From positions 248,001-312,000 of the forward strand of contig JAKIMF020000013.1 of NCBI GenBank assembly GCA_022605425.2: a stretch of 64,000 nucleotides of DNA, given 5' to 3'. Within the stretch, counting starts at the first letter, position 1; every line of letters begins with the position of its first letter. The position numbers were made by a program, and so were the translations under genes. Shown here piece by piece: positions 21,601 through 34,730 of the stretch. The notes beneath the pieces are model-generated. The model had not been told where the DNA came from and ran no database searches. It was given only the letters and a program-made list of their open reading frames with translations. Source of the stretch: Hamiltosporidium tvaerminnensis FI-OER-3-3. Its lineage: Eukaryota; Fungi; Microsporidia.

Positions 21601-23515
21601 TTTAGGTAAGAAAAATATTTTTTTTAAAAAAAATTTAAATTGGAATATAATGATACTTTTTAGAGATAAAAGATTATTGGCTGAAATTTTTCTTTCTCTG
21701 TATATATCGACCTGTTTTATAGAAATATTATAATTTGCTTTTATATTTGCTTTAATTTCAATATTTTGTTATAGAGGTAATTTTATTAATGAACTTACAT
21801 TCACTTTTTTCTATAAAAATGAATAGTAAATAAACAGTGTATTGAATTTCTAGAGAGAATAAGCGAAATGTCTAATGATTCGCTATAAAATTTCAAGAAT
21901 TTTATTGAATACATATAATGAATTAATAAAGAAAAAAAATATAATGGATTTTTGGGAAAAAAACAAATTGGTTTTAAAATGAATGTTGAATTTAAGTTAA
22001 TTTAAACGTGTTTTTTATAATTATATTCTAAACAAACGAAAACCTTTTTTTTAAGAAATATTCATTACAAACGTAAAAGTTTACCTAAAATCTATAAATA
22101 TTATCCGTATTTAGTATGAGCAACCTGAGTCTATTGTGCCAGGGCAACATCTAAAGAAAGCTTAATCAATTTAGAAGAAATAAAAATATATTTCCGAATT
22201 AGGAAATTTTAAAGATCTTATTAATAAAGTGCACGAGTGGAAAAAACTCACTGTGTCCGAAACCAAAAGAAAATAGAAAATATTTCCTGTGAATTATTTA
22301 TATGTGGGATAGGAATAGAATTAGAAAATGCTAGAAGATTGACCACGAACAGAATATGTAAGGTTTCATTTGTTTATATTCGACCCCGGGTGATATAAAG
22401 CCAGGAATAAGTATGTAAGAGTGCATTTATAAGGATCAAAATGATTTTTCGAAGCTCTGGTAAATAAAAAAGATTTACGAAATATTATATTTAACACCAC
22501 CAGATGGCTTAAGATATAAAGCGATTCCAGTAAGAAATTTTTACGTCTAAGCATTCGAGATAAATATCTTCAGGTTGTATGAGGGTGTTTGTTAGTTCTG
22601 AATACATTGGTAATCCTAAAAAAATCCGAGTCTTTGGGATATAACGAGAAAAATAAGCTATTTCACCTTCACCTACAGAAACTATTAACTACCTTTCATG
22701 TCCTGTTTGCTACATTTTTTTAAATTCAAGAAGATTATCAATTGGGTTCTAGCTAACAAGCCGCTGCAATATGTGATTCGAAATTTTTGATTAGCAACTT
22801 ACAAATCTTTACAAATATCTAGCTCATATTCTATACATCGTAAATTTGATTTAAAAGCACGTGCTAATTAATATAATACGAGATTCTATATCTGATTTAA
22901 ACTGTGGTACTAGTTCTGATTCATAGTACAAAAAATCTTACTTTTATTTATAACCTTTACAAGTTCACGAACAATTGTGCAACAAACACTATTTTGCCAT
23001 TAATAAATAAAAGGATTGCTATAAGGAACCAACAAATGACGCTAAAGATATGCAAGAATTAAAGAACGAGTTTAATTCAATTTTGCTCTTAATAAAGTAA
23101 CTGTTAACAAAATAAATGCTACAATAATAGGTTTAAAATTGTAAACGCAAATTAGCCCATGGCCACATTCTTAAATATATGGCTACTTGATTTATATGAT
23201 TGAATGAGAGAATTTATTTAATTAAGGCTATAACAATATAAAATTGAATATATTAAATTCAAGAAAAATCATGAGAAAGAAAATACAAATGAAAATTATA
23301 AGAAAATATAAATTATTTCTATTATGTTTTAGGTTTTGCTGATATCTTCAAACAAAAAATGAACTAAATTTTATACAAAATATTTACATACGCTGAAAGA
23401 TGTCCTCAAACAGTCAATCACACCTTGTCTTACTGATAACCCCAAAATTGTGCTTATTAATTATTGTTTATGGTTTTCATTTCCACATCAGGCCAGAAAG
23501 AATTGAGATCAAGTA

Positions 23516-23704
23516 TTCTCCGCTTGCCCTAAGAAGCGACTAAAGGGACTAGTCCCCCAGGCTGGGGTTGGGCGTAGGGCTAAAAACCACCATTTAAAAC
23601 CACTTTGTTACGAAACCCGAAAAAGTAAATAAACCCACTGGAAAAATCCCAGTGGGTAGTATTACCGAGGGCGGCCAAGGCTGTAGTGCCAAAGATAATA
23701 ATAA
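23516..23704 (+). mobile_element. Short RTE-derived non-autonomous retroelement (5'UTR piece joined to 3' tail)
   Basis: GC-rich island. gcttgccctaagaagcgactaa, ggggttgggcgtagggctaaaaacc and tgttacgaaac resemble arthropod RTE 5'UTR motifs; ggctgtagtgccaaagataataataa resembles an RTE 3' end with microsatellite tail. Confidence 0.7.
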
Positions 23705-25804
23705 AAAGATCATGGTTTGTATCACTCATGTATTTGGAAGTAACAATGAGCGATTAAGCGTGATACGTATTATAAATACAGTTACATGTGGATGTTTTTC
23801 TGCTTACGAATACTTGAGACAGTTAAAAGATAGATATCTAATTTCTACACATATTTCATATGGTTATCAATGAAACCAAAATTTCAATCAAAATAACTTA
23901 TAAGCATAAAGAACAGTAAGAATTTATTCTTTGGAATTACTGGATTGTAGATATTCTTTATTAGCACAAATTGGAATAGTTCGACTTAATCAAGCTTATT
24001 TAAGTAAACAGCTATATGGCGTATGATCCATTGAAATAAATAGTTAGTTATCTTTGTGCAAAATGTAAAAACACCCGTGCTAATGTTATATAAAATTAAA
24101 AGAAGCACAAACTATCTAGTTTTCAAGTAAATTTTTTCTTTTAAAAACACATAGATAACAGAAAAAAAAAGAAATTTATACTAAAAAATATAGATTTTAA
24201 AAGGAAAAAATGATGAATCCTAAATTTACTCTTCCAAGATTTTTTATATATGAAATTAAACTATAAAAAGGTATGGTAAGAATTGGAGAGTGCAAATTTA
24301 CACATTTGTAATATATTACCAAAGAGAAAGTATTTAACAATATTTTAACTGAATAAAGATAGATATAACGAGTACTTGTTTCTAATATCCTTCAAAGGGT
24401 ATAAGAAATTAAAAAGAGTAATTTTTTACAATGAGATTTTACTATTTACATGATAGCTATGTATTTTGTCCGTTTAAAAGTACGTTTTGTTTCTTTATAC
24501 TTTTGAAAATTTGGTCACGCGTTTAGTGTAAGGGTGTACGAAAACTCTCATCTAAGAAGATAATAGATGTCACGATGATGTAATCGAATTATAGATCTAC
24601 TTATGTCAAATAGAGGCAAAGCTATTTTCTACAAAAAACAGGAGTCACTCTGTATATGAAACCTTGAAAGCCAAGATATAAATGATAAGTGTAATCAACA
24701 TAAACCCTGGAGTATAATATAAATAATAGGCAAAAACGATTTCTCTAGATATTAAATTAATGAAAAAAATGCTCATTGAATTTAAATTTACTTTTGAATA
24801 TTCCGTTTAGATAGTCGAAATCCTCTTCCAAAAAAAACTAATATAATATATGATGGTTAGCCACTTGGTTGAATTAAGTAATATTTATTTTCTTAAAAAT
24901 ATCTTATGAAATAATAGAGGGGGTTTTGTTACAATATACCTTAAGATATTTGTTGAGAAACTCAAATACTTAATAGAATATCGATATGCATTCTCTCGAA
25001 GATGCGAAGAAATAACTTTGAAAAAAAAATTCAAATCGACAAAGAGATAATAAAATAACAATGCCTTGATCCAACCTAGGTAATTATATTTATTTAATTA
25101 CTTACTTCAGTCTTTATGTACCTCTCGGTGTTGAGGATAAAAAATAATTTAAGAGATGAAAATAAAATGGGCGAAAATAATCAAAAGAGCGGAATAAAAT
25201 TTCAAATGGATACCTATTGGCAAGAAGAGTAAGTAAATCAATAAAAAAATACTATAAATCCTAAGTTTGGGTTAATTAAACTTAATCAAAAGATAAAATA
25301 TAAAAGTATGACAAAAATAGAAGAAAGAATTATGCAAAATTATCAAAAATCCAATTCTGTGCATCCTTCAGATCATTTATATAAAAAATCTAAAGTATCA
25401 TTAACTTGTCTGCAATTTATTACCAAATCATTTAGAGATACAAAACCTTCGCCTAAAAGTACACCATGTAGTTATTTTTCGAGATGATTAATTTACAGAA
25501 GTTACTTGGTATTTAACTATAATCATCAGAAGTTTTATAATTTTATATAGTGCTTTTATTTTAAATTGAAACGAAAAAAAATATAATAAAGCCAAATTTT
25601 TAATATTATATGTACGTATATAATAAGTTTTACTCATCTTAAAAACAATTATACTTCAAAATATAAAAAAATTGTTGTTTTTAATCAACTGACATTTGAA
25701 TCAAAGTAAAAATTTATTGCATAAGTCTAAGCTATACGTTTAGGGAACTGAAATTTAAAAATATTTAGTTGCTCAAATTAAAAAAAAATGTCTTATAACT
25801 TGGT

Positions 25805-26140
25805 TTAATTATCGTTATCGGCTTTTGCTCTTTTTTTAGAATTATTTTCTAAATTTATATTTTCTTTTGGTGTTCGTTCATCAATATAGGAAGAATCTGC
25901 TATATTTTGCGATATATTTAGGTCAAAATCAAGCTTTCTTTTCACACTACTGTTCATAATTCGGCTTTTTCTTTCAAGTAAAAAATTTTCACAGATTTTC
26001 TTTTTAGGTTTTCGGGGAATTGGTCTAGAATAATTTATAGGTGTAGATTCTTCTGCCCTCATAATGTTTAAACTTGCATTATGCTGTTCTCAAAACGTTG
26101 ATGAAGCTGTCAATAGATCAATAAAGTACATTAAAAACAT
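25805..26140 (-). pseudogene. Small secreted-type protein, paralogue of 31315-31665; one in-frame TGA after the leader
   Basis: MFLMYFIDLLTASSTF*EQHNASLNI continues in frame into the 85-aa ORF (TGA at 26092-26090); shares C.NFL.E.K..I.NS..KRK(L/I)DF with 31315. Confidence 0.65.
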
Positions 26141-29100
26141 AATATTATCAATCCTTGTACTTCATAAAAATATATAAAAAGTCTTCAATGAATTAAATTT
26201 TAAAATATCACCAATTTACTTTTTATAAGATATGGTAATATATTAAATCTTTTTTTTTCCTTTATAGATTTATATATTGAATCTTAAATTTATTAAACTT
26301 TTAAGTTTACAGACACATATTAATAAACAGTTATTTTTTAAAAAAAAAAAAACAATATAGAGCTTATTTGGCACAATAGCTTAAATATGTGTGTAATATT
26401 ATGTATAGGACTTTAATTTAAATATTTTATAAGAAAAATATGAAGCGTTTTTAATCTAAATTATCATATAAATATAATATAGAGAGCTGCACTAAATCTT
26501 TAACATTTGAAAATTAATAATTTTAGAGCATCGATTCAACAAAATACGGATTATAAATAACTGATAAAATATGCCATTTCAAATTTATTAGATATCTAAA
26601 GTTTTCCTTGCTGAATAATAGAAAATATTAAAAAGAAAACAAACATTAACTCATATTTTTAATTTTTCGTTCGAAAAATTTCATAAATAAAGATAATTTT
26701 GAAAAAAGGTGCAAAATTAATTTGGATAGAAACTAATTGTAGCAACTTTAAGGCACAAATTTCAGATTTCTAGAATTTTAGAGTAAGTTGACAACGCTTG
26801 CTTAAAAATTTAGCAAGTTTATATGAAATCGTTTTTAATAGGATTGTACTGATCTATTAAGCATCTAAACCGCTTCATAATATACCCTGGAACATCCAAC
26901 ATACAAAACAGTAAAGCATATATACAATAATATTAGTCAAAAGTTGAAATTATAATTGTGATATTAACAACGAATGAATTTACTTCGAAAACAAAGAACG
27001 GGAGGTTTATATGCAAGTAAATTTGAAAAACACTGTTAAATATGAACGATGTAAAGAGCAATTTAAATATACATACCAACCAATAATAAAATTTAAACAT
27101 ACTAATATTCCATCTGAGAAAAATATGATTCCAAATTTTAGCAAACTAAAAGTATTATTCGAAAATAAAATCAATATTCAAATACAGCTATTTAGAAATT
27201 ATTTTTTTACTAGAAACGATAATAGAATAATGAAAAAAACATTATAAAAAGTTGGTATTTAAGTAATACTTTTTTTTAAACACATAACTTTTATATATTC
27301 AAGAACACGTTCTGCCGCTTCTGTAGTTTATTTGAATTCATTTTGCAATTTGAAATTATCTAGGTCATTTAAATTGAGTATTTGATTATCCGAAAACTGT
27401 AATATATATTAAAATTCTTTTTCCGGGACTAATATGCAATCTAATGTATTATTTTAATCTTGATTTGCTTTTCAATTTGTTAAAACCGTGTCTATGACTC
27501 AATTCTTTCAAAAATTGCATATATTATGTTTTTTGATTAAACCATGTTAATTAATCCATGTAATATAGATATGATATTCATTAATTTGTATGTAACGATT
27601 TACAACCGAAGTTTTTAGCGCCAAAATAAACCGAAAATTACATTTTTAAATTGCTCTATATAATTTAAATCAATAAAAACAGTTAGCGAGGCTAAGTGTA
27701 TTTAAATAAGTTTTGAATATAAAAACATTGTAAATTTTTTCCGCTTCTCGGAAAATTTAGTCTTAAAGCAAATCTTCTTAAACCAAAAATAAAATATATA
27801 GTATTCTTTAATTATGGAAGTAGTATGTGCATATCATCTCATGGTTATTGTTCAAAATTTCTAAAATATATCTTTTTTTATTTCTTTCTTTGCAATTATA
27901 TTTGTGCTATAGAAAATTCAAAAAATTAGATATTTGAACCAGTTATTAGTCTAAAGATTTTTTAGCTTTTATAAATAACGACACAAATTTTAAATAATTA
28001 GGATTTTATAGATATTTATTGAATTTGTTTTCTTAGAAAAAATGTATTGAGTTGATCTTTTAAATCTAACTATTTCTTTTTACTCATGTATTAATCCAAT
28101 TGATTAATCCAACATCTTATTTAACAATCAAAAGCTCGAATTCAGTTGAAATTCATAAATTTTAATGCCTTAAAGTTCATAAATAAGAGTTTTTTTAATA
28201 TAAAATGCATCGATTTTAAGATTTACGTTGTTCTTAGGCTTAGAAACAATATTGTAAAATTAGAAAAGTTCTTAGTAAATAAAAAATTAAATATTTTTTT
28301 ATTTTAAATAATCTTTATGAAAATAGTAAAGGTACTACATTTTGAGTTAATTCAATTATAATTGTCCCGTTCTATATTTTATTCCATTAAAATTGTTACT
28401 TAAATCTTATATGCTTGATTATGATTGTCACTATTTGAAATTTCTATCATGCTATACATGGTAATTTGATCTCTTTCGAAGTTACCAAGACAGAATTAAA
28501 TTATTTTGGTAAAAATTAAATGACTATGGCTTTTTTGTTTAAATCCAATAGCTACAAAGTATATTTATATCATATATATGAAGTATTTTGTTGTAAAATA
28601 ATGTTTTATAAATTATAATATCATTTAAATTAATCTGATAACTATCCAGATAATTATAATAATAATTAATTGAACAATTCAAGTGATTATTGGTTACATA
28701 TTATGGATTGCTCCACTATTTGTTATGTGTGAGGTGTATGCAAGTTGTAATTAGATTATTTGCTAGATTTATTAGGCAATTCGCGTTTTTTTTTAGATTT
28801 TAAGATTTTTAAATATCTTAGATGATATAAATATCACTTTTACATGTAAATCAGCGAAAACTTATCTAATACAAAGATTTCTTTAATATTTATTTATTCA
28901 CAGCCACTAACTTAGTATTTCTAAATAAAATAATATCTTAATCACGTTTAAAATGAGGCTACTCTGGAAAGAAATTAAACTTGTGATTCAAATAGACTGT
29001 TATTTTAAGTTTAAATTGATACAAAATCCAGTTTTGGGTTATACCGCCTAACAATTTGCGAATAGGCAAATAAATATGAAAAATTATAAGAGATATGAAT

Positions 29101-30060
29101 ATTCCAACCTAAAATTATTCGCATTACGGATTTTCTATTATTTATCTTGCTTTTCTGTTTTTTAAAATTTTATTTTGCTTTGTAATTTAGTTTCTGTAAG
29201 GAATTCCTTACAATAATATAGGCACCCAAAACCCTTCTTTCTTTCTTGAATATTCTGTATCTATTACTTTGAAATTAACTGATTCATCTGGAAATTTTAA
29301 AATGATTTTTTATTCCCATCACAATTAATCTTATTGTTATATTCAATGACCTAGTTTATTGATTAATCTAAGAATCGTTGTTTAAATCTGAACATAGTGA
29401 TTTTCTTTATAATCTTGTATTTTAAAGTAAATAATTTTTGTTTTTATGGGAAGATTTTTTCGAAGCATTTCTTATCGTTTTTAAATTAGGTATTTAGCCC
29501 GCATGTTCGATCTCCTCGGTAAAATATGCGAATGAAATACTTCATTTTGTTTTACCGTTTAATATTGAATTCAGTATCATATAAAAGTAAATAAAATGCA
29601 TAATATATTTGGAGTAGATTTTCACTGAGAAATCGAAAAAAACAATTACTTATAAAGTAAAAAACAATATTTAAACTGCATCGGATGAAAAAACTTAGGA
29701 ATTTTTGCAAACAAATTTTGTATCAAACCGTTGTAAAAAGTATATTAAATAAAATGCTCTCCGAAAATTTATAAGATAGACTTGGTATCACGAATTCGAC
29801 TTAAACGATACAACATTTTCAAAATTTTCCGATATTTAATCACAAAAAAGTTATCACGGTTTTTATACATTAATTTCGCAAAATTTACACTAAAGTTATA
29901 TTTATTTTGCTCCAAAGCTTCGCACAAGAACAGTATATAAATATGAGTGTAAGCTTTTAATAACTTAGGTTTTATAAATAAACTGTAATTTTAAAAGTCA
30001 ATCACATAGAGAGAGGTTTATAAATATAAAACAATCTTATATATTATTATAAATTTCGTA

Positions 30061-30779
30061 GTGGAAGAAGGGTACCAACATAAAAAACTTTCTGCTTGAC
30101 AATGAGTGTGTGAAATCGGTGTGAAGATAATCGTTAAGGTTTTTTGTAGGAGTAAAACTACAGTAAATCTCAGTTGTTCCATGGGAGTTGTTATGAGGAG
30201 AAGAAGTCTACGAAATGACGCAACTTTTTCTACAAATTTATTTGTAGCTTTTTATGTAACTAGATTGCACACCTAGCTTAACATGTAGGTAATTGCAAAG
30301 TAAAAGCATATAATCCTAGCCTTGCTTACTCGGATTAGAAGACTTAGGGCCTGGAAGATATAACAATAAAAACCATTTAAAGCCGGGAGAGCTAAGAAAC
30401 AGGCTATACCTGTTGGTATGACATTGCACTGTCTAGGTGAACCCCATATAAGTCACTAAAATATATCTTAGCTAGAAGTTTATTGGGTTCAGAAAGTGTA
30501 GAGTAAGTGAGAATGCTGCATAATCTTGGAGGAGCCCAGGAGGGCTTCGATAAAACTCCATGAAACGGACATTAACGAGCTCCGGGAAACTGCCTCGCCT
30601 ATAAATCAGGTTCTACCCACCTGATAGATGAAAGGGTTTGGGACGTAGGTATCGCAGTGTGTACTGATGAAGTGTTGGGGTAGCAGTAATTTATATTAAA
30701 CCCAAAACTGGGTTAATTAATGTCATGAAACGAATATAACACTTTACTATTTTAAAAAGATGTGATACTTTTAAATAAA
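30061..30779 (+). mobile_element. ~725-bp dispersed structured element, copy B
   Basis: Reverse complement of copies A and C; starts gtgga, ends gatgtgatacttttaaataaa. Confidence 0.9.
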
Positions 30780-31314
30780 TTACTTACACTAAAAATTGTA
30801 AACTTTTAAATTTTTTTTCTAAATTTACTATAAATTAAATTCGATATCTTATTCTTCTTAGTAGAGCTCTACAGTATTACGTGATTTGGTACAGTTTTCC
30901 AGTCATTATTTTTTATAAATTATTAAAGATTTTCATTATCTTCATGTTTTATCAAATTCGAATCATTTTTTGTTCAAAAAACATTTTGATTTTATCTTTG
31001 TTTAGAAAATAATTGAACTAATTAATAAAAAAAGATTAAATTTATAAAATAAATAATCAAGATATTGCAATTTATAAAAATTTCGAAAACCAAATTAATT
31101 TGTATTTTACAGATTATAATTCATTTAAGATGCTTTTAATAAACCCAAACTGGTAAGAATGAATATTTATTTGAATTTTAAATTTAAGAAACCGTTTTAA
31201 CTTTTTTAGATAGAATTAAATGAGAAAAAAACGACTTAAAATATTGATTCTTCAAAAAAGGAAAATTGCATTCTTCTTTAAAAAAATATAAATTAAAAAA
31301 AATCAATCGTGTGA

Positions 31315-31665
31315 ATGATTAGAAATATGTTTTTGATATTTTTTGTTTGCATATTTACAAGTCCAAACATATTTACAGAATCGAAGAATGAAAGTGTACA
31401 ACATGTAGAAGGCGCACAAAATCTGCCCGAAAATTCGTATTTAAATCCTCGCAGATATAGTAAGTTAAAGTGTTCGTGTGCAAACTTTCTTGCGGAGGAA
31501 AAAATTAAAATTGAAAATAGCAAGGCTAAGAGGAAAATTGATTTCGGCTCTCAATCTTCTGAGTATACCAATAATCTTCAAGATATTCTAAGAAAAAGAC
31601 TTAACGAAAGTAATAATTTAGAAGAAGATTCTAAAAATAAAAAGATACTCAAGAAAAATAATTAA
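31315..31665 (+). CDS. Small putative secreted protein with KRKIDF motif and basic C-terminus
   Basis: 116 aa; hydrophobic N-terminus MFLIFFVCIFTS; paralogue at 25805-26140. Confidence 0.7.
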   Translation: MIRNMFLIFFVCIFTSPNIFTESKNESVQHVEGAQNLPENSYLNPRRYSKLKCSCANFLAEEKIKIENSKAKRKIDFGSQSSEYTNNLQDILRKRLNESNNLEEDSKNKKILKKNN

Positions 31666-32837
31666 ATTATTTATCCATACAATTTTATATTATAGCGAAA
31701 GGTTCTTCCCTTGTGTTTTCTCTTTAAATATTCTTATAATTAGTAATTATAAAATAAATTTAACCTTTTATCATAAATCATTGTTCTCAGTTAAGTTTTC
31801 GTTTCTTCTATGATTTCTATGAAATTGTTTTTCGATAATTTAAATCGAATTTCAAAACGTTAATATTCAATATTCTTCGAAATACCAATAAATTACTACG
31901 ATAAACTTTGAAACACTGATTCTGTATGCCGTATATAAATTGGAGAACTCTGTATTTTTAAAAATTATGAAACAATATTGGTAAACAAGATGAAGTTGTA
32001 AATAAATGAGCAGAAGAAAACCAAATAGCTTAAAATAAGCAAATTCAATTCTTTTGAACTTACATCATCCTAAACAAATGAAGTCCACACTACTCTTGAA
32101 AACAAAAAATAGTCTTTTTAACTTATCCGACATATATGAATTTACTTCTATATGTAATCTACATCTTATAGTTAGTTTGAAATTCTTAGTTTTTTTCTGA
32201 AGTACATTCAATAAACTATCACCCAAATGATAAGTCCTATATCAAGTTAAATTTTAATCCAAATTGGGTCATACAATCTATAATATTTTTTCGATTCGAT
32301 TAAGGCTGACATAGGTAATTATTATAGTGTTGTTATGTGTTTAAAACTGGTTTAAAATGAATATCGATAAAGCAAATTGTACATAAAAACTTATGTTTTA
32401 TAATTGAGACCTGTTCCATAGAAAACCCAAAATGTTATAGAAATATTACTCTGAATCGCAAATTTATTTATACAATCACAATGAAAAAATTTTGAATTAA
32501 CAGAATGATAGAAAATTTATATTTGAATATTTCATTACATAACAAATATACTATATTAAACTACCTTAATTTACGCTCAGAGCAGCTGAAAAAAAAGTAA
32601 ATAAAAATCCTAGATAAAATATCAATGTTGATTTTAGAGTTTGAAAGCCACAAATTTAAATTTAAATATGATATCAAGTAATTTAAGAATACGGTTGATG
32701 GTATGAATTTGATTTAAGTACAACCATAGCATATTTTATAAACATTCTAAACTATTTTAACGTAATATATCGTTTGAAGGGGAAAAATCCGAAATGAGAT
32801 TCAAACATAATGAAATACATAAAATATATTTTAAAAT

Positions 32838-33554
32838 TTTATTTAAAAGTATCACATCTTTTTAAAACAATGGCAAGTGTTATATTTTTTCATGGCATTA
32901 ACCCAGTTTTGGATTTAATATAAATTACTGCTACCCCAACACTTCATCAGTACACACTGCGATACCTACGTCCCAAACCCTTTCATCTATCAGGTGGGTA
33001 GAACCTGATTTATAGGCGAGGCAGTTTCCCGGAGCTCGTTAATGTCCGTTTCATGGAGTTTTATCGAAGCCCCCCTTGGTTCCTCCAAGATTATGCAGCA
33101 TTCTCACTTACTCTACACTTTCTGAACCCAATAAACTTCTAGCTAAGATATATTTTAGTGACTTATATGGGGTTCACCTAGACAGTGCAATGTCATACCA
33201 ACAGGTATAGCCTGTTTCTTAGCTCTCCCGGCTTTAAATGGTTTTTATTGTTATATCTCCCAGGCCCCAAGTCTTCTAACCCGAGTGAGCAAGGCTACGT
33301 TTCCATGCTTTTACATGGCAATTACCTACATGTTCAGCTGCGGTCTGCAATCTGGTTACATAAAAAACTACAAATAAATTTGTAGAAAAAGTTTCTCCAT
33401 TTCTCAGACCTCCCCTCCTCATAACAACTCCCATGGAACAACCGAAGATGTAGTGTGGTTTTAGTCCCACCAAAAATCCAAACAATGATCTCACACCAGT
33501 TTCATACAATCATTGCCAAGCAGAAAGTTTTTTATGTGGTTATACTCCCTCCAC
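32838..33554 (-). mobile_element. ~725-bp dispersed structured element, copy C
   Basis: Collinear with copy A end to end. Confidence 0.9.
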
Positions 33555-33794
33555 TATAAAAGTTTAGAAAATCTCTGTTTTGTTTTAATATTTTATTTTT
33601 TTCATTTATTTAAAATGAAGTTCGAAATTCAATTAAATTTCTTTCATAGAATAAAAGATACAAATAATGAAAATATTTATCTAAAGTGCTTTTTTTATTA
33701 TTTCTCTTTCTACGATAACATAGCAAAATACCAAAATATAAATTATATTTTCTTCTCAATATATGAATTCTTTTCTATTTTATTATCCCTAATT

Positions 33795-33947
33795 ATGAGT
33801 AATATTGAAGATTCCAATAAAAATAAAAAGATGAGAAATTTTTTGATTGATGAAGAAAGAAAAAATAAAGATATTGAAGAGGCAGCCAATTTGGTAGTAA
33901 AAAATGAATTGAAAGAGATAGAGGCGTTTTTAGAGCAAAATAAATAA
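33795..33947 (+). CDS. Candidate 50-aa charged microprotein (MSNIEDSNKNKKMRNFLIDEE...)
   Basis: ccc motif 6-8 nt before the ATG, coding-like purine-rich composition, stop embedded in aataaa runs. It is the 3' part of the listed 144-aa ORF. Confidence 0.45.
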   Translation: MSNIEDSNKNKKMRNFLIDEERKNKDIEEAANLVVKNELKEIEAFLEQNK

Positions 33948-34521
33948 ATAAATAACATATATTTTTATATATAGTAATAAATGTTTTCTTCTATTGAAAT
34001 GTAATACGTTTAGTTCCTTAAACAATTAATTTTTATTCCATTTTTAGCTAATATATTTAGCTAGAAAATATCTAAATCTTTATATAGAAAAGTTTCCCGG
34101 CATGAACTTGAAAAATCGTTAGATCTTTGTTATTAAGAAATAAGATTTTAAAACAAGATATATCCTATAAGAATCCTATTTCAGGAATAAGAATGACCTA
34201 CAAATATATGTAATACATTACTTATAGGTCAATCTCTTCTAACAAATAATAAATTTGTTTAAAATAATTTTAAACTATTTTAACAAAATAAAAAACATTC
34301 TAGTGATTTAGATTCATATAGTTTAAAGTTTAGTATAAATTAAATAATATCGAGTTGATATTTTATTATAAATAAAGATTTTATAAAAAAAAGCATATTT
34401 TGATATTCGTTGAAATATTTATTCTATTAGATTTATGATATTTAAGATTTATCAATTTCAAGTCATAAAAAATACTGTTTCTGTTGACACTGGAAACGTT
34501 CGAGCGAATATAATATGAATT

Positions 34522-34730
34522 CAAGAGAAGAAATTTTTGAACTTACAATATTAAAAATATATATAATGTAGCCTTTAAAAATATTGGAATTAATTAAATA
34601 AAGACACAAGAGAAGAAATATTTTTTTGAAATTAAAATATTAACAATGTATAATCTTGACTTAGACATATTGGAAATATTTAAATAAGGACACAAGAGAA
34701 GAAATTTTTTTGAAATTAAAATATTAAAAA
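34522..34730. repeat. Degenerate tandem repeat, ~85-bp unit x3
   Basis: caagagaagaaat at about 34522, 34607 and 34693. Confidence 0.8.

Noticed and set aside
27741-27760. CGCTTCTCGG resembling the U2 snRNA 5' end
   Set aside because: No GTGTAGTA branch-pairing sequence or Sm site downstream.
30664-30730. CTGATGA...GAAA hammerhead-like core in the repeat
   Set aside because: Copy A has CTGATGG, and stems I-III cannot be built convincingly.
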